DNA from: Bdellovibrionales bacterium | GTDB taxonomy: Bacteria > Bdellovibrionota > Bdellovibrionia > Bdellovibrionales > UBA1609 | Direction: 5' to 3' | DNA length: 64,000 nt | Assembly (NCBI GenBank): GCA_965200025.1 | Contig: OZ241325.1 | Location: forward strand, 1,178,743-1,242,742 | Shown here: positions 33,228 to 42,882 of the stretch, one piece after another | Numbering within the stretch: position 1 is the stretch's first letter | Layout: each line of letters begins with the position of its first letter | Translations under genes and position numbers: made by a program | The notes under the pieces: model-generated | Told to the model about the DNA's origin: nothing | What the model saw: only the letters and a program-made list of their open reading frames with translations | Databases searched by the model: none

Positions 33228-34358
33228 TTATGTTTTTAAGGGGGGAGGAGGGGGGGGCATGCTTTCCACATGGAGGCTTTGGGTGGGGAAGGCAAACTGT
33301 ACTTTTTCTCTCCGGGCCAGTTTTAAAATTTCCATAAAAATATTTTGCCTTTCCCTCAGCTCACTCTCCCAGTCTTTGACTATAAGAAAAAAGTTGGTAA
33401 TGATTTTTAGCTCTGAGGGGCCAAACTCTGTAAAATACACCTGAAAGTAATCTTTCTTTGTGGCAGAGTTCTTTTTAATAACCTGCTTGATACCCTCTAT
33501 AAAAGACTCCAACCTCTCTGGTGAGGTGTCGTACTGCACACCCAGGAACACACGGGTCCTGCGGGCCTGCCGTTTTCCCATATTGTCGATGTTGGTGGTT
33601 GCCAGTGTGTTGTTGGGAACTGTTACAATGGAGTCGTAAAAAGTTTTGACTTTGCAGGATCTTAAGCCCACCTCCGTAACAGTACCCTCTATACCATCGG
33701 GAAAGCAAACCCAGTCCCCCACAGAAAAGGGCCTGTCCAGCATAATGTTGATATAGGCCAGTATGTTGGAGGCGGAATCCTTTGCCGCAAGGGCAATCGC
33801 CACCCCACCCAGCCCCAGGCCTGCCAGCATGGAAGAGACATTAATCCCCATATTTTGAAGCAGAACAAGCCCCCCAAGAAGAACAACCAGAATTTTACTA
33901 AAATGAGTAAGAAAAGGAATAAAGTGGGTTTTAACCCCTTCGCCCGCCTTTCGCCCTATACGCTTTATAATCAGCTCCACAAGGAGGTCTACCAGATTGT
34001 AACCCATGGCGATCAGGGAAACACCCAAAGACACCTTAAGCCCAATGGATAAAGCAGAAACAATAAAACGGGACAAAATAAGAGGATGCAACTCGCCTGA
34101 CCAGTCCCACACCTGAGGCAACAGATAAAGAACCATCCCCCAAAGCCCGGTGACACTCAAAAGGTAAAGCGGCTTTTGAATACGGGGGGAAATATGGGTT
34201 TTAAAAAAAACAAACCGGTTTAAACTCTGGGACAAAAGCTTTTGTACCAGATAATAAAAGGGCCTGTGAGTGACAAAAGCAAAAATAAAAACCAGAGCTG
34301 TAATCAGTAAAGGTGTCATAATACAAAAAACTTTGCTCAAAAAGAGCTTTTTAGTCAA
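33228..34358 (-). CDS. MscS-family mechanosensitive ion channel
   Basis: 376 aa. N-terminal TM helices followed by an MscS beta-domain pattern (FSVGDWVCFPDGIEGTVTEVGLRSCKVKTFYDSIVTVPNNTL). Confidence 0.85.
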   Translation of the reverse strand: MTKKLFLSKVFCIMTPLLITALVFIFAFVTHRPFYYLVQKLLSQSLNRFVFFKTHISPRIQKPLYLLSVTGLWGMVLYLLPQVWDWSGELHPLILSRFIVSALSIGLKVSLGVSLIAMGYNLVDLLVELIIKRIGRKAGEGVKTHFIPFLTHFSKILVVLLGGLVLLQNMGINVSSMLAGLGLGGVAIALAAKDSASNILAYINIMLDRPFSVGDWVCFPDGIEGTVTEVGLRSCKVKTFYDSIVTVPNNTLATTNIDNMGKRQARRTRVFLGVQYDTSPERLESFIEGIKQVIKKNSATKKDYFQVYFTEFGPSELKIITNFFLIVKDWESELRERQNIFMEILKLARREKVQFAFPTQSLHVESMPPPPPPLKT

Positions 34359-34850
34359 GCCCCTTCAAAAAAAGGCTGTCAGTTTCCATATACTCTGAAA
34401 AAAACCCCTTTTTGCCATGGTTGAAAAAAGTCAATGAAAAAGATTATAATGCATAGAGTAAAAAAATATTATGGCTTTAATATGTTGTGAAAATAAATAA
34501 CTGAATGCGGCAATTATGGACATCAGTATAAGAATTTGGATAACTTCAGAAACTGTCAGATATAAAGTCTTGTGTGTGGAGGGTTTTTTCAGAGGCTGTG
34601 GATTTTTAAGTTAAACCTTTTGTCGGTGTTTTTCCCGCTCTAAGGATAAAAAGGTTAAATTTTGTTGTCACAACAGCTCAACGGGGTACAAGATGGGGAG
34701 TAAAAGGGCTTTATATTTGGGTAAAAAAAAGGCTGTTCAGTCTGAAAGATATCAGTTGAAGGGGAAGAGGTAAATTCCATGGAAAATCCTGAAAAGGATC
34801 TGCTGCCTTTGAGGCAGGGGGAGTTGGAGGACGAGGCAGGTCCCAAGGTC

Positions 34851-37172
34851 ATGAGGGTTTGTAAGAGAAACGGTGACCTGGAGCCTGTAAATGTCAATAA
34901 AATCATTAATGTGGTGCTGGCCTGTGCCTCCCACCTCAAAGAAGTGGACCCCATGCGGGTGGCCACCAAGGTTATCAGCGGCCTTTACGATGGGGCCACC
35001 ACCAAAGAGCTGGACAAACTGTGCATTCAAACAGCGGCCCTTCTCATAGGGGAAGACCCTAACTATTCCCGCTTGGCCTCCCGCCTTATGACCCGCTATA
35101 TTGATGAAGAGGTGCAAAACCAGAACATCCAAAACTTTTTTGCATCCATAAAAGTGGGCTATAAAACCGGTCTCATTTCAGAGAGCAGTTACAAATTTGT
35201 AAAAGAACACAAAGAGCCTTTGAACATTATTGTGGACCGGGGAAGGTCTTTAAAACTGGAGTATTTTGGAGTTCGCACACTTTACGACAGGTATTTGTTA
35301 AAGCATCCGGAAAGCCGGGAGGTGACAGAAACCCCGCAGTACTTTTTTCTTCGGGTGGCTTGTGGTTTGTCACGGACTTTTCAGGAGGCCAAGGAGTTTT
35401 ACGATCTTATTTCCCAGCTGGACTATTTGCCCAGCTCCCCCACTTTGTTTAACTCTGCCTCTTTAAGACCTCAGCTTTCCTCATGTTACCTACTGGATTC
35501 CCCCAAAGACAGCCTGTCCTCCATTTACGACAAATACAAAGACATTGCCATGCTTTCGAAGTTTGCAGGGGGTATTGGGGTTTCTTTCAGTCGCATCAGA
35601 TCACGGGGATCTTTGATTAAGGGGACCAACGGGCATTCCAAAGGCATTATTCCCTTTTTAAAGACCATGGATTCTTCTGTGGCTGCCGTCAATCAGGGAG
35701 GCAGAAGAAAGGGGGCGGCATGCATTTATTTGGAGTCCTGGCATGCGGATATTGAAGAGTTTTTGGAATTAAGAAACAACACAGGGGATGAAAATCAAAG
35801 AACACACAATTTGAATTTGGCCAACTGGGTGCCTGATCTTTTTATGGAAAGAGTGAAAACCAACGCAATGTGGTCTCTTTTTGATCCCAAAGAGGTGCCA
35901 GAGCTGGTGGACAGCTTTGGAACAGAGTTTAAGAAGCTTTATGAGCAGGCAGAGGCCCGCGGTTTGGCTCTCAGACAGGTAAGAGCCCAGGACCTTTACC
36001 ATCGTATGATGCGGACTTTGGCAGAAACCGGCAACGGGTGGATGACTTTTAAAGATCACAGCAACAACAAATCCAACCAAACTTTAAAAAAAGAAAATGT
36101 GATTCACCTGTCCAATTTATGCACAGAGATTTTGGAGGTGACCTCTCACGATCAAACAGCCGTTTGTAATTTGGGATCCATTAACATTGCCAGCCACCAC
36201 CATGCCAAAGAGGGTGTGGATTGGGGCAAACTTCAGCACACAGTGGAAAAGGCTGTTGTGTTTTTGGACCGGGTGATTGACATTAATTTTTATCCTGTAC
36301 GCCAGGCACAGTCCTCCAATAAAAAATGGCGGCCTGTGGGCCTGGGCCTTATGGGGCTTCAGGATTTGTTTTTCAGGCTTCGCTGGCCTTTTGATTCTCA
36401 GGAGGCTTTAAAGCTTTCGGGGCGTATTCAGGAGGAAATTTACTACCATGCCCTTAACACCTCCTGCCAGCTGAGTGAAAAATACGGACCTCACCCCGGC
36501 TTTGAGGACACAAGAGCTTTTGAAGGACAGCTGCAATTTGATTTGTGGAAAAACCCACAGCTGGCTTTCCCCGAACGATTTAAAACTTTAAAGAAAAAAA
36601 TAAAAAAACATGGCTTAAGAAACTCCCTGATGATTGCCATTGCCCCAACAGCCACCATTGCCTCTTTGGCGGGGGTTCAGGAGTCCATTGAACCACAGGT
36701 CTCCAACCTGTTTAAAAGGGAAACCTTAAGTGGTGAGTTTATACAGATTAACAAATATCTGGTGGAGGAGCTGAGGTCCAAAGGTTTATGGACCGAAACA
36801 ACAAGAAAAGCCATTAAGGCCTGTGAGGGATCGATACAGGGTATTCAGGAGATTCCAGAGGATCTCCGTCAAATTTACCGCACAGCCTGGGAGCTTTCTC
36901 AAAAGTCCCTTATCGACCTTTGTGCCGCCCGGGGGCCTTTTGTGGATCAGAGTCAGTCTTTAAATTTGTTTATTGAAAACCCCTCCATAGGCAAGCTTTC
37001 CAGCATGTACATGTACTGTTGGCAAAAGGGGGTTAAGACCTCTTATTATTTAAGGTCAAGGCCTGCCACACAGATCAGCAAAGTGACTTTACAGGACTCT
37101 CATTCCTTATCCAACGGGAGAGGAGGGTCTAAAGATTTGGAAAACCCTGAAATTTGTGAGTCCTGCCAATGA
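34851..37172 (+). CDS. nrdA: Class I ribonucleotide reductase large subunit
   Basis: The ORF opens at 34779, but the likely start is the ATG at 34851 (MRVCKRNGDLEPVNVNKI, the ATP-cone). Catalytic SNLCTEI. C-terminal redox pair CESCQ. Confidence 0.9.
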   Translation: MRVCKRNGDLEPVNVNKIINVVLACASHLKEVDPMRVATKVISGLYDGATTKELDKLCIQTAALLIGEDPNYSRLASRLMTRYIDEEVQNQNIQNFFASIKVGYKTGLISESSYKFVKEHKEPLNIIVDRGRSLKLEYFGVRTLYDRYLLKHPESREVTETPQYFFLRVACGLSRTFQEAKEFYDLISQLDYLPSSPTLFNSASLRPQLSSCYLLDSPKDSLSSIYDKYKDIAMLSKFAGGIGVSFSRIRSRGSLIKGTNGHSKGIIPFLKTMDSSVAAVNQGGRRKGAACIYLESWHADIEEFLELRNNTGDENQRTHNLNLANWVPDLFMERVKTNAMWSLFDPKEVPELVDSFGTEFKKLYEQAEARGLALRQVRAQDLYHRMMRTLAETGNGWMTFKDHSNNKSNQTLKKENVIHLSNLCTEILEVTSHDQTAVCNLGSINIASHHHAKEGVDWGKLQHTVEKAVVFLDRVIDINFYPVRQAQSSNKKWRPVGLGLMGLQDLFFRLRWPFDSQEALKLSGRIQEEIYYHALNTSCQLSEKYGPHPGFEDTRAFEGQLQFDLWKNPQLAFPERFKTLKKKIKKHGLRNSLMIAIAPTATIASLAGVQESIEPQVSNLFKRETLSGEFIQINKYLVEELRSKGLWTETTRKAIKACEGSIQGIQEIPEDLRQIYRTAWELSQKSLIDLCAARGPFVDQSQSLNLFIENPSIGKLSSMYMYCWQKGVKTSYYLRSRPATQISKVTLQDSHSLSNGRGGSKDLENPEICESCQ

Positions 37173-38167
37173 TACTGGATCCTGGTTTTGAGCTGACTTT
37201 GCGTCCGATGAAGTACCCGGAGTTTTACGACATGTACCGGGCTGCCATTAAAAACACCTGGACGGTGGATGAGGTGGACTTAAGCCCCGATGTGGCGGAT
37301 TTAAAACAAAAACTCACCCCTCCTGAGATTTTTTTAATTCAAAGGCTGGTGGCTTTTTTTGCCACAGGGGACACCATTGTGGGCAACAATCTGGTTTTAA
37401 ATCTTTACAGGCATATTAATTCTCCGGAAGCCCGTATGTATTTGGGTCGCCAGCTTTATGAGGAAATGCTCCATGTGCAGTTTTATTTGACTTTGTTGGA
37501 CACTTACATTCCTGAGCATAAAGAAAGAGCCAAAGCTTTTTCGGCCATTCAGGAGATTCCATCGATAAAGAAAAAAGCGGATTTTAGTTTTAAATGGATG
37601 GATTCCATCAACCAGATGGAAAGTCTGAAAACCCTGGAGGACAAAAAAAAATTTTTAATGAACCTGATTTGTTTTGCAGGGGCTATTGAGGGCTTGTTCT
37701 TCTTTGCAGCTTTTGCTTATGTGTATTTTTTAAGATCGAAGGGGCTTTTAAATGGCCTGGCAACGGGTACCAATTGGGTGTTCAGGGATGAGAGCTGCCA
37801 CATTCGTTTTGCTTTTAAGGTGATTGAGGTGGCAAGGAGGGAGGAACCAGATATTTTTCACCCGGGAATGAAGAACATGATAAAAGCCATGTTTGCAGAG
37901 GCTATTGACTGTGAGCTGGCTTTTGCCAGCGAGATTTTGGACAAGGGGGTGGCGGGCTTAAGTTTAAGGGATATGCGAACTTATCTCAGATACATTGCCG
38001 ATCAGCGGCTGGTGGAATTGGGCATTGCCCCTGTTTATAAGGTGCGAAACCCTTTTGGTTTTATGGAACTCCAGGACACACAGGAGCTGACCAACTTTTT
38101 TGAAAGAAAACCCTCTGCTTACCAGGTGGGTGTACCTGGCCAGGTCTCTTTTGAAGAGTCTTTTTAA
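37169..38167 (+). CDS. nrdB: Class I ribonucleotide reductase small subunit
   Basis: 332 aa. Di-iron ligand motifs (YEEMLHVQ, AIEGLFFF, RDESCHIRF). ATGA overlap with nrdA. Confidence 0.9.
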   Translation: MILDPGFELTLRPMKYPEFYDMYRAAIKNTWTVDEVDLSPDVADLKQKLTPPEIFLIQRLVAFFATGDTIVGNNLVLNLYRHINSPEARMYLGRQLYEEMLHVQFYLTLLDTYIPEHKERAKAFSAIQEIPSIKKKADFSFKWMDSINQMESLKTLEDKKKFLMNLICFAGAIEGLFFFAAFAYVYFLRSKGLLNGLATGTNWVFRDESCHIRFAFKVIEVARREEPDIFHPGMKNMIKAMFAEAIDCELAFASEILDKGVAGLSLRDMRTYLRYIADQRLVELGIAPVYKVRNPFGFMELQDTQELTNFFERKPSAYQVGVPGQVSFEESF

Positions 38168-38325
38168 TCCCTTATTTATGGCCCCCACTTTTTGGAGGGT
38201 ACAATAAAATGCCCGGTTTCTTAACGCTATGGTACAAGAAAAACCCCTTGACACTTCCCCTTTAGGCTGTGGTACAAAAGGGGCTGAAATAAAACCTACA
38301 CCTTAATTTTCAAAAGGAGATTATT

Positions 38326-38739
38326 ATGAAATTTCTAACAATTTTTGCTCTTGGCTGTGTTTTGTCTTTACTCAGCTGTACGGGAGGAAAAAAAGACACC
38401 ACCACTTCCAATGGAAAAGATGACAACACTGCTAAAGAGACCCCTGAAGTGGATCCCGAGTTGTTACAACAGGAAGCATCAAATCTGACATCCCTTGGGA
38501 ACTGCATCAGGGCAAAGAAAAAAGCCACTGGTGCCACAAAACCCACAAAACTGATTATTACAGAATGCAAAAAACAGCTGGCGGGGGGAGCTGCGACAAG
38601 CACTGCTGGACAGCAGCAGGCAGGAGGCAACACCGGGGCTGGAGCTGCAGCAGGGGCTGCTGGACAGCAACAACAGACAGGTGGCAATACAGGCACGGGT
38701 GCTGCCACTACTACCGGTGGTGGAGCTTCCACCAACTAA
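38326..38739 (+). CDS. Low-complexity lipoprotein
   Basis: 137 aa. Lipobox LSLLSC. The C-terminus has Q/G/A/T-rich repeats (AGQQQAGGNTGAGAA / AGQQQQTGGNTGTGAA). AGGAG upstream. Confidence 0.6.
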   Translation: MKFLTIFALGCVLSLLSCTGGKKDTTTSNGKDDNTAKETPEVDPELLQQEASNLTSLGNCIRAKKKATGATKPTKLIITECKKQLAGGAATSTAGQQQAGGNTGAGAAAGAAGQQQQTGGNTGTGAATTTGGGASTN

Positions 38740-38894
38740 AAAAAGTGAAAAACCCAAGGTTTCCTTATTCCATTGACAGGCTTTTTTAAGCTGTTGCTTT
38801 GATTAGGGATGAGAAGGATTATTTGGCTGTTGACAAACCATGTCGGCATAGAGCCAGTTTATGACCTTTTTAACTCTTACTCTCTGGTGTGTTT

Positions 38895-39668
38895 ATGAAA
38901 TTTTTCTCCCTGTTATCTGTTTTATTATTCAGCCTGCTGAACGCAGATGCCCATTTTTGTGACAGGATATTTCATCTTTTTCCCAGTCACAAACCGTCGT
39001 CATCACACACAGGTTTAAAGGCAGAACTCAGCAAACCTTTTACAGAAGTCAGCACGGGGATACAGATCAGGTATCCGCACAAAAGGGGTTCCGTTATATA
39101 TGGAGATGGAATTATGACAGCTCTTCCGGAAAACCCTGTGCCAGCAGAAGAGGAGCAAATTCACTATGGCAGCAAATACGAGCTGGGCCACAGCATGTTT
39201 GTGCTTTTTTTAAATGCTCACCTTGAGGAGCCACAACCACACAAGCACTTTAAGCCCTTTGGGGTAAAAAAACCTTCTTTTGTGGTTTATACTCATTTTA
39301 TTTACTGGCCCTCCAAAATTAATGGCAATGCTGCTTTGGACACTCAGACTGTAAAAAAAGTATTTCAAAATTTATATGGCCAGGATCCTCTTTTAACCAT
39401 TAAAGAGGTTTTAAACAAACAACTACTGAAACCCCGCAGTAAAAACCACTCCCCCCATACACAAAACCCTTACTACAGGCAGGCCGGTCTGCAGCCCTCC
39501 TCTGAAGTTGTGCCACAAACCACTTCAGAGGAGGGGGAGGGGAAGCCAAAAGATGCTCAGGAAGAAGTCCTGCCTGAAAACCCCCTGGAGCCTTTTTTAT
39601 GCACCACAAGATGCGAAAAAGACAAATTAAAACATATTGTTATTAAAACCCTGTCCCACCCCGCCTGA
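38895..39668 (+). CDS. Secreted protein, unknown paralogue family (FC[DE]R motif), member 1
   Basis: ATG at 38895 (MKFFSLLSVLLFSLLNADA). Shares FCDRIFHLFPS, YPH..G..(I/V)YGDGI, YGS.Y.L.H, (I/V)YTH.IYW.SK and EPFL..T..EK..LK with 40636-41397. Confidence 0.6.
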   Translation: MKFFSLLSVLLFSLLNADAHFCDRIFHLFPSHKPSSSHTGLKAELSKPFTEVSTGIQIRYPHKRGSVIYGDGIMTALPENPVPAEEEQIHYGSKYELGHSMFVLFLNAHLEEPQPHKHFKPFGVKKPSFVVYTHFIYWPSKINGNAALDTQTVKKVFQNLYGQDPLLTIKEVLNKQLLKPRSKNHSPHTQNPYYRQAGLQPSSEVVPQTTSEEGEGKPKDAQEEVLPENPLEPFLCTTRCEKDKLKHIVIKTLSHPA

Positions 39669-39684
39669 TTGATAAAAAAACCTA

Positions 39685-39711
39685 TTGACAAAAAATGGGG
39701 GGGGGTAAAGT
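39685..39711 (+). promoter_or_regulatory. G9 promoter-like motif, copy E
   Basis: TTGACA-AAAAAT-GGGGGGGGG-TAAAGT (15-nt spacer), 81 nt upstream of the LRR gene ATG at 39792. Confidence 0.55.
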
Positions 39712-39791
39712 GGGGTGGATTTAAGACATTCTGAAATTATTGACTTAAATGATTGAGCTAATTTATTTTCAAACTTAAAAGGAGGTGAACA

Positions 39792-40496
39792 ATGTTACAT
39801 TTTTTTATCTTTTTTGTTATGCCTTTCATTGGTTTTTGTGTACACGGACAACCTGAAGACTTGCCTGCTTTGCCTGCACATATATTTTCTGACAAACCAC
39901 AACAAATTCATTCTTTGCCTGCACATATATTCGAAGGCTTGTATGCCCTGGAGGAGAGTAAGCACGGACCATTCAATGTGTGTAAACGAACTCCCCAGGT
40001 GAAAGAAGAAATAATGAAAAAGATTCGTAAAACAGACCCCACAACAGATTGTGGGTTGGCATCATTTCTATTGGATCAAATTTTAGTTCTCAAACTTACC
40101 AATAAGGGAATACAGTCACTGAAGAGAGGAGACTTTTCAGGCCTCACAAATCTTAAAGAACTATGGCTTGACAACAATCAAATAAAACTTCTTCAAAAAG
40201 AAGTATTTACATATATGCCTAATCTTCGTTCTCTTGTACTTACCAATAACCTCATCAGTGAAGTGCAGCCATGGGCTTTTGCAGGGCTTCGCTCTTTAAC
40301 TCATCTGCACCTGAATGGAAATCAAATTAATACTTTACCACAAGGTTTGTTTACTAAAAACCCCAAAGGCCAGCCTTTATCTTCTCTGCAATATGTTTGG
40401 ATTTATGACAACCCTCTGTTTAAAAATCATCCTGCACAAGGTTCGCCTGTTGAACAAGAGCTAAAAACTTTAAATCCCAATATGCACATTCAATAG
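39792..40496 (+). CDS. Secreted LRR protein
   Basis: 234 aa. AAAGGAGG SD. Signal peptide. Cap motif VCKRTPQVKEEIMKKIRKTDPTTDCGLASFLLDQI, then LRRs (LKRGDFSGLTNLKELWLDNNQI..). Confidence 0.85.
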   Translation: MLHFFIFFVMPFIGFCVHGQPEDLPALPAHIFSDKPQQIHSLPAHIFEGLYALEESKHGPFNVCKRTPQVKEEIMKKIRKTDPTTDCGLASFLLDQILVLKLTNKGIQSLKRGDFSGLTNLKELWLDNNQIKLLQKEVFTYMPNLRSLVLTNNLISEVQPWAFAGLRSLTHLHLNGNQINTLPQGLFTKNPKGQPLSSLQYVWIYDNPLFKNHPAQGSPVEQELKTLNPNMHIQ

Positions 40497-40635
40497 GAAA
40501 ATAAAATGAAGTCACAATAGCTTGAATATGCACATTAATACAACAAGAGACATACTTGTACCAACTCCTGAATACTATATAGAAAAATAATCCGGTGAAA
40601 TCACACCAAATTTTTTTTATAAGAAAACACAGATA

Positions 40636-41397
40636 CTATTTTTTTACAGATTGGTTTTGGTCTATGCCTAAAACTTCCATAATGACTTGCTTTAACTGGC
40701 TTTTTTCTTTTTCTGTTCGAAATAAAAAAGGTTCCAACACACCATTTTTACCTCTTTTTGTGAGGTCGTTGGAATGCGGAAAATATGTCTTAACCTTCTC
40801 TCCACTTCCCCCATAGTGCCACACATTACCTCGAGAGTCCTGATACACAGCATGGGGATCCTGAGTTTTGACCTCATTTAAAGCAGCATTTTCTTTTTGC
40901 ATCAAAAGTTCTTTGACTTTTTGCAGAGGGTTTTTTCCATAAAATTTTTCAAAAATCTGTTTTACAGTTTCCGGCTCCCATGTCATATCACGAGACTTGG
41001 AATTCCAATAAATATAGTGGGTGTAAATTGTGGGGGGAACAGATGATTCCCCCACCTCGCTTTCCACACTGGCACTGAAGATCAAAGCAAAAAAACGATG
41101 GTCCAAAGAGTATTGACTGCCGTAGTAAGTTTTTTCCCCCTCCTTTACAAAGTTTCTGGATACAAGTGCTATTCCATCTCCATAAACTTTATAACCACCC
41201 TGATGAGGATATTGCACCTGCATCCCTATGTGCATTTTTCCATAAGAGAGTTTTTTAACCTCCCCTTCCAGATGTACAGCAGGAGGGGTATGGGAGGAGG
41301 AGGGAAAAAGACGAAAAAACCTTTCACAAAACTGAGCCTCAGCAGAAACCACAGACAATAGCAAAACCCCTAAAAACCAGGCACTTAAAAAACCCAT
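40636..41397 (-). CDS. Secreted protein, unknown paralogue family (FC[DE]R motif), member 2
   Basis: 253 aa with a signal peptide. Paralogue of 38895-39668 in the inverted orientation. Confidence 0.6.
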   Translation of the reverse strand: MGFLSAWFLGVLLLSVVSAEAQFCERFFRLFPSSSHTPPAVHLEGEVKKLSYGKMHIGMQVQYPHQGGYKVYGDGIALVSRNFVKEGEKTYYGSQYSLDHRFFALIFSASVESEVGESSVPPTIYTHYIYWNSKSRDMTWEPETVKQIFEKFYGKNPLQKVKELLMQKENAALNEVKTQDPHAVYQDSRGNVWHYGGSGEKVKTYFPHSNDLTKRGKNGVLEPFLFRTEKEKSQLKQVIMEVLGIDQNQSVKK

Positions 41398-41690
41398 ACC
41401 ATATACCTCTTTTATAAATTAAAAAAGTTAAAAACTCTTGAAAAAAGACACTCAAATGGAGTGTCTTTAAATCAACTCTTAAAAATGTGGAATCTATCCC
41501 ATAAATGGAAAAAAATCAAAAAATTGAACCAAAAAAAGCGGGGCAGCCTCTCAAGTGTGAAAAATATACACACTCGCCCGTGCTGTTGTGGGAATGATAT
41601 TTTACAGGGTATCATCTTAATTTATCAGATATTTTATTGACTTCCCCCATTATTTATCTTAAACCCTTTAGCAATAACAGGGAGCTGGAA

Positions 41691-42851
41691 ATGGTCAAAA
41701 GACTGCAAAAATTAAGCAAAAATCACAGTTTTTTTCTCTTTGGAGCGAGAGGGACAGGTAAAACCACTTTGTTAAAGCAGGTGTTTGGCGGCAGCTCCCC
41801 TCAAACCCTGTGGATTGACCTGCTGGCCTTTAAGGAGGAAAATCGTTTTGGTCACAATCCGGACCTTCTGACAGAACTGCTTCAGGAAGGCTCTTATCAG
41901 AGAGTTATTATTGATGAAGTGCAAAAAATTCCCAAGCTTTTGGATGTTGTCCACAAAGAAAAAGAAAACAACAAAAAAACACAGTTTATTTTAACCGGTT
42001 CTTCCTCAAGAAAGCTGAAAAGAGGAGGAGGCAATATGCTGGCTGGCAGGCTTTTTTATTTTACCATCCACCCTCTCACTCACACAGAATGGGGAAAAAG
42101 TTTTAACACCCGGGAGGCGATGCAAACCGGCACCCTTCCCGCTCTTAAAAACTACACCCGCTTGAAGGACAAGGCACGATACCTGGATTCTTACATACAA
42201 ACTTACCTGAAAGAGGAAATTTTGGTGGAGCAACTCATTCGCAAAATTCATCCCTTTAAAAACTTCCTCAGAGTGGCTGCAGCATGTAGTGGAGATATTA
42301 TCAATTACTCAAAGCTGGCAAGAAGTATGGGCATGGACGGCACCACTGTTCAAAACTATTTTGAAATTTTGTCTGACACTCATTTAGGGTTTTACTTACA
42401 CAGCTTTCATCGCTCTATCCGCAAACAACAAAACCAGGCTCCCAAGTTTTTTCTTTTTGACACAGGAGTGACACAGGCCCTTCAGGGAAAAACACAAACC
42501 CCTCTGAGGGAGGGCAGCTACGAATATGGAAAAATTTTTGAACACTTTGTAATTTTGGAATTTTTAAGACTGAACACTTACAGGGAAAAAAGATTCCATG
42601 TGTTCTACCTGCGTGACAAAGACGGTCACGAAGTGGATCTGGTGATTCAAAAACCCAATGGGCAGGAAATTTTGGTTGAGATCAAATCCACCAAAGAAAG
42701 CATGAAAGAACACGGAAAAAATGTGCGGTGGTTTTTAAAACACTGGGACAGACCATGTGTTGGGCAAGTGTGGTCTCAAGACAACAAAAATCGCAAAGTG
42801 GGTTCTGTATATCACTACCACTGGCAAACCGCCCTCAAAAAATTGATCTGA
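41691..42851 (+). CDS. AAA_14 / DUF4143 ATPase
   Basis: The ORF track starts at TTG 41637, but the ATG at 41691 has GGGAG upstream. Walker A GARGTGKTTL, Walker B VIIDEVQK. DUF4143-like C-terminal half ending in a PD-(D/E)XK-like EVDLVI..EIKS. Confidence 0.8.
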   Translation: MVKRLQKLSKNHSFFLFGARGTGKTTLLKQVFGGSSPQTLWIDLLAFKEENRFGHNPDLLTELLQEGSYQRVIIDEVQKIPKLLDVVHKEKENNKKTQFILTGSSSRKLKRGGGNMLAGRLFYFTIHPLTHTEWGKSFNTREAMQTGTLPALKNYTRLKDKARYLDSYIQTYLKEEILVEQLIRKIHPFKNFLRVAAACSGDIINYSKLARSMGMDGTTVQNYFEILSDTHLGFYLHSFHRSIRKQQNQAPKFFLFDTGVTQALQGKTQTPLREGSYEYGKIFEHFVILEFLRLNTYREKRFHVFYLRDKDGHEVDLVIQKPNGQEILVEIKSTKESMKEHGKNVRWFLKHWDRPCVGQVWSQDNKNRKVGSVYHYHWQTALKKLI

Positions 42852-42882
42852 TTTGTACCCTCCCCTTTTTTTGCACCTGCTG

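Noticed and set aside
33250-33257. C8 tract (coding strand) at the 3' end of mscS as a phase-variation switch
   Set aside because: A slip would change only the last ~7 residues (PPPPPPLKT), so a functional on/off effect is unlikely.
38310-38789. Overlapping ORFs 38310-38735(-), 38479-38757(-) and 38565-38789(+)
   Set aside because: These are low-complexity GC-rich repeats read in other frames or strands. Only the plus-strand ORF 38326-38739 has an SD and a lipoprotein signal peptide.
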